Positions 48,771 to 56,079 of a stretch of 64,000 nt of DNA are shown here, piece after piece (positions within the stretch are counted from its first letter, which is position 1; every line of letters starts with the position of its first letter). The stretch is taken from positions 89,712-153,711 of the IMG/VR virus record IMGVR_UViG_3300046318_000491. The stretch is one strand, 5' to 3'. Under the pieces are notes generated by a model. The model worked only from the letters and a program-made list of their open reading frames with translations. It searched no databases and was not told the DNA's origin. Source of the DNA: a virus. The position numbers and the translations under genes were made by a program.

Positions 48771-48986
48771 TTACTTCCCTCCCTTGCGGTGCTTGTCCAA
48801 CGGCAGACCTGCTTTGCGTAGTTGCGACTTCAAGTTCAACACGCCACGAGCGTTAGATGGCGTGCTGGCAGAGTAGAAACGCTCGCCAGTCGGTGCTGTC
48901 CAGCATAGGTGGTCGTTCTTTGTGCGCTCAACAGTCCAGCCAAGTTTCTCAGCCAAGACCCTAAGTTGTTTGATGTCTTTTCTCAT
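48771..48986 (-). CDS. HicA-like small protein
   Basis: L..LAEKLGW.VERT.N.H.....P.G......TPS pattern; start revised. Confidence 0.6.
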   Translation of the reverse strand: MRKDIKQLRVLAEKLGWTVERTKNDHLCWTAPTGERFYSASTPSNARGVLNLKSQLRKAGLPLDKHRKGGK

Positions 48987-49178
48987 CATTCCCCTTTTCG
49001 TGATGTATCTCATCACTAAGACCATTCTACTCTAGACCCCTGACATTTTGGAATACCCACGCCAAAAGTTTTCGTGTCTGGTCGAACCCTCCAGAAAAAA
49101 TAAATACCTGCCCTGCCAAAAAAATCGGGGCAAAAAAAAAACGCTGACGATTTCTCGCCAGCGTTCTTTTCGGTGTTT

Positions 49179-49559
49179 TTAGAGAATGTCAATCCTCAAA
49201 GTTGATTCCCCTGCGCCACGCTCGATGGTGTAGCGAGGCTTGATGATGTCGTAAATCTCTGGCATCTCCAACTTCAAAGCCTCCCAGTCGAATGACGCTG
49301 ATGACTGGACAACCTTGACGCTAATCAGACGCTTGCCCTTTGCGTCTGTGCCAATCAGGGTGGTGGCAGTCTTGCCCACGAAATCTAAAATAGCGTCTCG
49401 TGCTGTATCCCCAAGTTCCTTGGACTGCTTGGCAATGTTGCGTGCCTCGCGAAGCGTGTTCACTTCGGTCTGAATCTTGCGAGGTAGGACAAGCAAGTTG
49501 TCCTTGGTGGTGCTGGTAATGCTGGTGGTCGCCTTAGCAACCTTGGTGGTGTTAGCCAT
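49179..49559 (-). CDS. Hypothetical protein, similar to 43343-43666
   Basis: Start revised to MANTTK (RBS AGGAGG). Confidence 0.7.
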   Translation of the reverse strand: MANTTKVAKATTSITSTTKDNLLVLPRKIQTEVNTLREARNIAKQSKELGDTARDAILDFVGKTATTLIGTDAKGKRLISVKVVQSSASFDWEALKLEMPEIYDIIKPRYTIERGAGESTLRIDIL

Positions 49560-49721
49560 TTGATTTCCTCCTGTGTTTGTTATCAGTGGGTCTAACAAAA
49601 TCTACTTTACCAGAGTCCTCCGACATTTTACAAATCCAAGTGCGTGTTTCGTGGATTATTTTTTTCGGGGTCGGAAAGTTCCAGAAAAAATAAATACCCT
49701 CCGTCGAAAGAAAAACGAGGC

Positions 49722-50579
49722 TTACGCCTCGCTCTCCTCGTCCAATGTCGGGAACAACTTTTGACCCGTGTTCTCGTCCACGACCCAGAATGAATCTGAA
49801 TCCTCTGCGGTTAGTTCGTCCAACTTGTCTTGGGCAACTTCCCACGCACCCTCCGCTGAAGTTGCTCGCACAATGTATCGGCGTTCAACGACAACAACGA
49901 AGTCCGTTTCCTGACGAGGGCAGTCCTCGTAAAAGTCTTCCTCGTCTCCGTTTTCGCAAGCCCAGCAGGCTCGACCCAATGCGTCATAGTCGGCGTGGCT
50001 CTGCGGAATGTCCCACTCCCTCGTCATGATTAGCGACTTTGTAGGCACGCCGTTCTCGTCTACATCATCTCCGTCTGACGAAGTGAACTCCGCACCCCAG
50101 CCCTGTTCCTCCTCGCAAGAAAAGTCGAACGAAAGTTCTGGGTGCTGTCGAACGATAGCCGTGAATACCTGCTCTGGGATTCCCCATGCCGTTTCAAACG
50201 AGTAGCCCAAGTAAGCCGCTTTATCGTCCGTCATGTCCGTCAAGTTCACGCTACCAGCGTCCCACTTCACGCCCCAGTTGCTGACATTCCAGTCATACCA
50301 GCCGTCTGATTCGTGTTTCATAGCAATAGCCATGCGGTCTTCCATGCTCATCTCGGCGTATCCGTCTGGCTTGTAATCGCTCGCCCCGAAGTAGCGTGGC
50401 TTGTTCTCTGGTTCAATGAAGTTCCAGAACGATAGCGGTGAGGCGTTCTCGTCCTTGTATTCAAGCACGCCGTCCTCGCTGATTCCGCTAGGGGCAATCT
50501 TGCTCGCCTTATCACGAAACGCAATCAGGTCTTTAGCCGTGCCGTTTACATTCATGTTGTTGTAGACCCAGTTAGGCAT
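49722..50579 (-). CDS. DUF1281/YubB-like ferredoxin-fold protein
   Basis: MPNWVYN, WYDWN..NWGVKWD and FETAW..P motifs. Confidence 0.75.
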   Translation of the reverse strand: MPNWVYNNMNVNGTAKDLIAFRDKASKIAPSGISEDGVLEYKDENASPLSFWNFIEPENKPRYFGASDYKPDGYAEMSMEDRMAIAMKHESDGWYDWNVSNWGVKWDAGSVNLTDMTDDKAAYLGYSFETAWGIPEQVFTAIVRQHPELSFDFSCEEEQGWGAEFTSSDGDDVDENGVPTKSLIMTREWDIPQSHADYDALGRACWACENGDEEDFYEDCPRQETDFVVVVERRYIVRATSAEGAWEVAQDKLDELTAEDSDSFWVVDENTGQKLFPTLDEESEA

Positions 50580-50581
50580 TT

Positions 50582-50875
50582 CTACCACGCACCCTTGTCT
50601 ACATCAAGCCTGTGAGCGTCAATCATTTCATTCACAGTTTCACCTGCGAACATCTTGGCTACCGCCAATCGTGTTGCGAGTTCTGGCTCGTTCAACTTCT
50701 GTGCCAACTTCTCTGCCAACGCCAGCACCTTATACATGGTTGGGTCGCAGTAGCCATCTCGGCAGTAGTCCTCTACCAGCACGCCAATCGTGGCAAGTGC
50801 CATGCCAGCAATCTCGTGGTCGTCTAGTTCCATGTGGTCTAGTTCGTCCATGTTTCCTGAACAGTTATTACACAT
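50582..50875 (-). CDS. Hypothetical protein
   Basis: Start revised to MCNNCSG (RBS AAAGGGG). Confidence 0.65.
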   Translation of the reverse strand: MCNNCSGNMDELDHMELDDHEIAGMALATIGVLVEDYCRDGYCDPTMYKVLALAEKLAQKLNEPELATRLAVAKMFAGETVNEMIDAHRLDVDKGAW

Positions 50876-51199
50876 TTGAAATCCCCTTTCTTGGAATCGT
50901 ATTAGAACTTTACCATAGACTTCCGACAAATACAAACACCATTCGTTAGAAGTTTCTCTTTCTTTTTTGCGACTCGGAACTGACAGAAAAAATAAATACC
51001 ACCCCGCTGAAAAAAAATCCCGCTGAACTTTCCACGAGACCAATCCGTGTTCGTTGGAAGTGGAATGGCATTTTGTAATCGCACGAGCAAACAAAAAACC
51101 CCCAACAATCCGTGAGGACTATCGGGGGCTAAGTGGTGTCCACTAGCGAACCAACGAAAGGACGAACAAACGCAATCCGCTAGTGGAACTCTGCTTCCC

Positions 51200-52954
51200 C
51201 TAAACGCTCGCTTTCATGAGTGCGTCCGTTGCGCTCTTGCCAATCGCAAACGCAATCTCCTTGGTCTCCAGTCCGTCTAAGACCACGCCGTTTCCACCGA
51301 CCAACTGCGCACCTAAACCACGCCCACATTCCTTTGGCGTAATCCAGAGAACTGCCACGCCGTTTTCCTTACACAAGCGAGCCGTCTCTTTCGCTCGGTT
51401 AGTTTCCTCGCCTGTGTAATGTCCGTCTGAAACGACAACCAACAAACGCACGCCGTTTCCGTTGGTCAAGTCAAGTGCGCCGTCAAGTGCTTTGAACGCC
51501 TTGCCAAAAAGTTCCGTTCCGTCTGGTGCGGTATAGACCGAAACCTTTTCCAATCGCTGACCGACCTTGAGAGTCGGGAATACGCCAGAGCCATAGTAGA
51601 CCATAGCGGTCTTGGCTTGAACTCGGCGACCTGCTTCGCCAAGAACCCAAGCCGTAGTTGCCATGCTCTCCATAGCCGAACCCATAGAACCGCTAATGTC
51701 CACCATGATTCCGATAGAGAGTGTCGGGTCGTCTGTGTGCTTGCGTGTCTTGTGCTTCCATGCTGGATTCAAGTCTCGCACGCCCTTGGCTTTCAACGCT
51801 TCGTTCTGAACAAGCACTCGTGCCTTTAGGCGACCAACTGGCTCGTGAGACTTGATTACAGTTTCCGAGCGTTCACGATACTTTGCCTTTTCCAACATCT
51901 GACCAATCTTGACTGCGCTTGCTCGCTCGTGTCCAGTTGGGTTGCGCTGTTCTTGTAGGCGTGAACGAGAACCAGAACCCTCTGACCCAGTTGCCTTGGC
52001 AAAAACTTCTTTGGCTTCCTGCTTCGATTCGCTCTGACGCTTCGATTCGCTCTGACGCTCTTTGGCTTCCTGCTTCCAATCCTCTTGGGTCTGCTGGTCT
52101 GACAAGTCCATAGACGCTGACATGGCTGTCTCACCTGCGTCTGATTCCATAGCGTCCATGAGTTCCTTTAGAAACTCTGGCACGCCACCCTGACCTGATT
52201 CGCCCTCTGGGTCTGCCTCTTTCAAAAGGTCGTTCCACTTTTCGGCGAGCGCAATCCCACGAGCAATCTCGCTCGTGTGTAGCGACTGGAACTCCACCCA
52301 GATAGAACGCAAGTTGTTGAACAAGTCCATGCCAATCACTTCGACAACCTTGTCGAAAGTTGATTTCACATCTGACAACTTGACAACTCCTGCGTCCACT
52401 CGTGCCAACGCTAATGCTGATACATGAGCGCACGCACGAATCTCTGTAAGATTCGCTATGGCTTCCTCGTCTACTCCCTGTAATGCGAGACCAAGTGCTG
52501 ACGAGCGCAAGAACAACTGATTCTCTGGCATTTGAATAACGCCCTTGCGTTCGATTCGTGATTCGTCTAGCAACTGAAAAGTGTTGAATACCTTTTCGTC
52601 CATAGACTTTAGGGCTGTCTTATCCCAGAGTGAGTAGCGAGCGTGAAGTGCCTCGTGATAAATCACGCCAGTTGGCTCTGCCCAATCGTATTGGGTTGTT
52701 CGCTCTGTAAAGTCGCCAACCATTTTCGGGGTCGTTGCTTTACCAAACGCCTGTGGAATGTTGATTTCGATTTCGGCTGTGTCTGTAAGGAAACAAGCAA
52801 GTGCCACGCCCATACCTGCGTCCTCACCTGCGTAAACTGCCAAGTCGTTTCGACCTGACCATGCGTTTACAACTGTGCCAATCTCTGCGCAAGTCTTTAG
52901 CCACTCTGGGGTAGTTGCGCTGGTGCGTGTTGCTAGTCGTGAAAAGTGAGACAT
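51200..52954 (-). CDS. CobT-like metallopeptidase-motif + VWA domain protein
   Basis: HEALH, E.RIE, MIDAS DISGSM and VVSDG. Confidence 0.85.
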   Translation of the reverse strand: MSHFSRLATRTSATTPEWLKTCAEIGTVVNAWSGRNDLAVYAGEDAGMGVALACFLTDTAEIEINIPQAFGKATTPKMVGDFTERTTQYDWAEPTGVIYHEALHARYSLWDKTALKSMDEKVFNTFQLLDESRIERKGVIQMPENQLFLRSSALGLALQGVDEEAIANLTEIRACAHVSALALARVDAGVVKLSDVKSTFDKVVEVIGMDLFNNLRSIWVEFQSLHTSEIARGIALAEKWNDLLKEADPEGESGQGGVPEFLKELMDAMESDAGETAMSASMDLSDQQTQEDWKQEAKERQSESKRQSESKQEAKEVFAKATGSEGSGSRSRLQEQRNPTGHERASAVKIGQMLEKAKYRERSETVIKSHEPVGRLKARVLVQNEALKAKGVRDLNPAWKHKTRKHTDDPTLSIGIMVDISGSMGSAMESMATTAWVLGEAGRRVQAKTAMVYYGSGVFPTLKVGQRLEKVSVYTAPDGTELFGKAFKALDGALDLTNGNGVRLLVVVSDGHYTGEETNRAKETARLCKENGVAVLWITPKECGRGLGAQLVGGNGVVLDGLETKEIAFAIGKSATDALMKASV

Positions 52955-53060
52955 GATTTCGTCCTTTCGTTGTCTCTTGCTTTGTTGCTAAATCCAACCT
53001 TACCAGAGTTGGTAGGGGAACGCAAGTTCATTCCCCTACCTTTTCTAGTAGAACGGATTA

Positions 53061-54089
53061 CTAGATTTTCGCTGGCATTACTGCTTCGCCGAAAACTCGT
53101 GTGAATACATCTGCCACGACTGACCTGTCAATCTCTGGTGCGCTGGCAAGTAGATTCTGAATCGCCCACTTTGAACCAAACAAGTTGGTCAAGTCTCGGA
53201 ACGCAAGCAACTCTCGGAACTGTGGAGACCATGAAGTCTCACCGTTCGACTGCTTCTTGGCAAGATTCTGTGAAGCCGAAACTGCTGTCGCTGGAACGCC
53301 CAACTTCTTAGCCAATGCCCAGTCTGTTGTCATTTCAACCTGAACGCTGAATCGTGATAGCAACGCTTCTGAAAGTCGAACTCCAGGTGCGTTAGGGTTG
53401 GTCGCACCAATGACGAAAAATCCGTCCTTTGCCTTGACTGTGCCTCGCTCTGGATTCTGGGTAATGGTGATTTCCTTGCGTCCGTCCATGAGACCATAAA
53501 CGGCAGACAAGACCTTTGGGTCAATGAGACCAATCTCGTCAATCAAAAGAACCTTGCCCTCCTCTGCTGACTTGACCAATGCGCCGTCCACCCATTCAAA
53601 AGAACCACTTGGGGTCTGAACATAGCCACCAATGAAGTCTGAAAGTTCGGTGTCGCCTGAACCAAGAACTGTGTAAAGGTCGTCTGGGAACGCACCCTCA
53701 ACGCACGCTGTCTTACCAGTTCCAGGTGCGCCATAGAGTAGAACATACTGACCTGCGCCACGAGCCTTGCGTAGAACCTCAATGTCTGTGTGGTCGCCCC
53801 AAGGACGAGCGTAGTAGTCCTGACCATTTGGTCGAACATACTTCTCTGCCCCTGCTAATGCTTCCACATTCACATTCCCTCTAGTAGACTTTGGCTTCGG
53901 AGTGCCAGTTCCGATTTTAGCACGAACATTTGCTCGTGCGCTGGCTGGCATAAGTGAGTCCAAACCTGCTGGAACTGCGCTTGGCTTTTCGTGCTGAATC
54001 GCAACGCCATAAATCAGACTTGATAGGTCTGGGTATAGCGTGTCAATAGTTTCCTCTGGTGCTGTTGCTGGTGCTGTAATGGTAGTCAT
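53061..54089 (-). CDS. MoxR/CbbQ/NorQ-type AAA+ ATPase
   Basis: GAPGTGKT, LLIDE, GATNP and ALLSRF; adjacent to the VWA gene. Confidence 0.9.
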   Translation of the reverse strand: MTTITAPATAPEETIDTLYPDLSSLIYGVAIQHEKPSAVPAGLDSLMPASARANVRAKIGTGTPKPKSTRGNVNVEALAGAEKYVRPNGQDYYARPWGDHTDIEVLRKARGAGQYVLLYGAPGTGKTACVEGAFPDDLYTVLGSGDTELSDFIGGYVQTPSGSFEWVDGALVKSAEEGKVLLIDEIGLIDPKVLSAVYGLMDGRKEITITQNPERGTVKAKDGFFVIGATNPNAPGVRLSEALLSRFSVQVEMTTDWALAKKLGVPATAVSASQNLAKKQSNGETSWSPQFRELLAFRDLTNLFGSKWAIQNLLASAPEIDRSVVADVFTRVFGEAVMPAKI

Positions 54090-54113
54090 GATTTTTCCGT
54101 CCTTTTTCTCTGA

Positions 54114-54650
54114 CTAAACTGTGGCTGGTGCTGGAGTGATAAACAACTTCTCTGGGAATCCAAGGGCAACTCGTGTCTTTTGGATTCGGCGTAGTGCGCT
54201 CGCTGGTGCTTTGTAATCACGAACATCTGTGAAATCTACATCTGTCATTTCAAAAACGATAGGGCGATTTCCACGCAAGGTCTTTAGACCATACATCATT
54301 TGACGCTTTAGAGTTCGCTCTACCTGCTCTGCCATGTTCAACGCCTTGTCCTCTGGTGCGAGAGTAGCCATTTCCTTGTCAATGCGAATACGATTCATGC
54401 GCCACTGCTTTCGTGGAGACCACTCTGAAACTGTGCGAGAAACAATCGCCATGTCTACTGGCTCGCCCTTTTCGTTAGTTCCCTGTGGGGTAATAAGAAT
54501 CTGGGTTGTCTGGTCTCCCTTGTCATTTGGAAACTCTAGGTAGATTCCCCTGCCCATAATACGAGGCTTATTTGAAGTCTCGCCTAGTGCTACTGCTTCT
54601 GCGACTTCTGGGGCTAGTTCCCCAAAAGTTCCCAATGAATCTGGATTCAT
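54114..54650 (-). CDS. Hypothetical protein
   Basis: Start revised to MNPDSLG (RBS GAAAGGA). Confidence 0.7.
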   Translation of the reverse strand: MNPDSLGTFGELAPEVAEAVALGETSNKPRIMGRGIYLEFPNDKGDQTTQILITPQGTNEKGEPVDMAIVSRTVSEWSPRKQWRMNRIRIDKEMATLAPEDKALNMAEQVERTLKRQMMYGLKTLRGNRPIVFEMTDVDFTDVRDYKAPASALRRIQKTRVALGFPEKLFITPAPATV

Positions 54651-54753
54651 GATTCGTCCTTTCAATCTGTGTCGCTGGATTTTTCCAACAAGTTCAACTT
54701 ACCATAGTTCGTTGGAAGTTGTCAAGTTCATTCCAAACTATTTTTTGGCGTGT

Positions 54754-55287
54754 CTAAAAGTGGAAGTCCACTGGGATTAGAAACTGGTTGTCTGGGCGTG
54801 TGGCTACTCGCGTTGTGAAGTAGCGCAAGTTTCCTGTCCAGTTCTCTATGTCATAGATACCTGTGTCGCAAGTCCATTCATCATCTAGGATTTGCGCCAA
54901 CTTCTTGGTAGCCCACAAGTCCATGTTGAGACCACTTGCGTAAGGGTCATAAGAATAGGTAGTTAGGTCAATCGCCTTTGACTTGTATTCACGAATGGAA
55001 GCCATTCGTTCCTCTAGGTAGCGAGTGATTACTTCCTCTGCTCGTGCTGGGTCATCTGAATAGCGCAAGTGGTTGGGATTAGTATCTGGGGTCTTGAACT
55101 CCCCATTCTCATTCACATCACCAAAGACTGCGCCAGACCAACGTCCTGCGAAGTTTAGGGAGTCTGAGTTGCTGGCGTTATGCCAATCAGACCAGCGAGG
55201 CTCGCCATCGCTGAAGTGGCTTTCGACATTACTAAACGCTTCCTCTGGGGTCTCTGCCTCCACGAGGATAATCTGGCATACGTGCAT
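54754..55287 (-). CDS. Hypothetical phage protein
   Basis: WSDW..GRWSG...VDFHF pattern; promoter and RBS present. Confidence 0.7.
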   Translation of the reverse strand: MHVCQIILVEAETPEEAFSNVESHFSDGEPRWSDWHNASNSDSLNFAGRWSGAVFGDVNENGEFKTPDTNPNHLRYSDDPARAEEVITRYLEERMASIREYKSKAIDLTTYSYDPYASGLNMDLWATKKLAQILDDEWTCDTGIYDIENWTGNLRYFTTRVATRPDNQFLIPVDFHF

Positions 55288-55393
55288 TTTTCGTCCTTTC
55301 AGTTATAAAACTTACTTGAACTTTACCAGATACCTCTGACATTTTCAAATCGCCGCGCTCGCGGTATTCGTGTCAGAAAAAATAAATACCTGA

Positions 55394-55690
55394 CTACTCG
55401 TCGAATTCCAACGGGTCATACTCTTCCGTTGAATCGAAGATGTCCGATAGAGGTGTAACTGCTGAGTCTGGTTCTAATACATTGCTGGCGCATTCGGTGC
55501 ACACCAACCACTGGGTCTCATCGTCTAGCGCTACAGCAAATGGGAAGTAGGCACCCGCTATGTGTCCGACGTCTTCAAAGCATGCAGCACATTCAGCACC
55601 GTCGAGGTCTTCAATCTCTAACAGTCCTGCTTGTATACCGTGGTCGACATCGGTGTTGTTTTCCATCACGTGGAGTTCTACGTTTCTCAT
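55394..55690 (-). CDS. Acidic zinc-finger protein (leaderless)
   Basis: CAAC...CTEC; -10 TAACAT lies 6 nt upstream of the ATG. Confidence 0.65.
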   Translation of the reverse strand: MRNVELHVMENNTDVDHGIQAGLLEIEDLDGAECAACFEDVGHIAGAYFPFAVALDDETQWLVCTECASNVLEPDSAVTPLSDIFDSTEEYDPLEFDE

Positions 55691-55770
55691 AGGGTTATGT
55701 TACCCCGTTCTCCAGATGGTGATTCGGGAGAAGCGCTCGCCGCAGTCAAGAGCACGCCGTTCGTTAGAAG

Positions 55771-56079
55771 TTAGCGGATCTTGCTGAGCTGCTCGTCAAC
55801 GTTCTTCTTCCGTCGAGGTGGGAGGAGCTTCGTTAGAAGTTGCAGCGGGGTGAGCTTCTCATCAGTTGGGACCGAGCCGTATTTGTGTAGAAGCTTCAAG
55901 AGCAGGCCGGCAATGAACAGGTCATCACTGAATGCCATCCATGGGAAGAGAAGATCGAACGGATCGATCGGGATCACCAGGTATGTGAGACATATAGTCG
56001 CGATGACTTTAACCCACCAGGGTGCCCGTTGGAACTGAGCAATGTACTGACGAAGAGCATTCTTGATTCTAGTACGCAT
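55771..56079 (-). CDS. YkvA/DUF1232-like membrane protein
   Basis: YLVIPID..D...P.....DD motif. Confidence 0.65.
   Translation of the reverse strand: MRTRIKNALRQYIAQFQRAPWWVKVIATICLTYLVIPIDPFDLLFPWMAFSDDLFIAGLLLKLLHKYGSVPTDEKLTPLQLLTKLLPPRRKKNVDEQLSKIR

Larger units (their letters stand above)
42045..51129 (-). terminator. Set of intrinsic terminators closing the array units
   Basis: GC stems followed by U tracts on the minus strand near 42045-42080, 42419-42452, 43113-43146, 43839-43870, 44401-44432, 45060-45091, 45733-45763, 46558-46600, 47181-47215, 47783-47818, 48430-48460, 49131-49165 and 51093-51129. Confidence 0.8.
42307..55348 (-). promoter_or_regulatory. Set of 17 SigA-type promoters in the array
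   Basis: -35/-10 pairs with 17-18 nt spacers at 42307-42336, 42987-43016, 43713-43741, 44275-44303, 44932-44960, 45385-45413, 45615-45643, 46450-46478, 47053-47081, 47661-47689, 48336-48365, 49024-49053, 49604-49633, 50907-50935, 52997-53025, 54696-54725 and 55320-55348. Examples: TTGACA-17-TAAACT, TTGACT-17-TATGCT. Confidence 0.85.
41713..55390 (-). repeat. 15 dispersed same-orientation copies of a 17-bp box (+ strand CAGAAAAAATAAATACC; minus strand GGTATTTATTTTTTCTG)
   Basis: Starts at 41713, 42375, 43063, 43791, 44351, 45011, 45683, 46508, 47131, 47731, 48404 (last base G), 49092, 49682, 50984 and 55374. All copies are intergenic. Confidence 0.97.

Noticed and set aside
42297-51108. Track ORFs or N-terminal extensions crossing the box (e.g. 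42297-42677, 42904-43140, 43738-44106, 45621-45809, 50902-51108)
   Set aside because: They span terminators and promoters and translate the box itself (YLFFL, GIYFF). Better starts with RBSs exist downstream.
52021-52056. 18-bp tandem duplication
   Set aside because: In-frame RQSESK repeat in a linker; ordinary.
41713-55390. CRISPR array interpretation of the 17-bp repeats
   Set aside because: The repeats are too short, the intervals are 560-4390 bp and contain genes, and there are no cas genes.
41713-55390. Classical integron attC sites
   Set aside because: The box is not an imperfect inverted repeat with RYYYAAC/GTTRRRY ends, cassettes have their own promoters, and no integrase is seen in the window.
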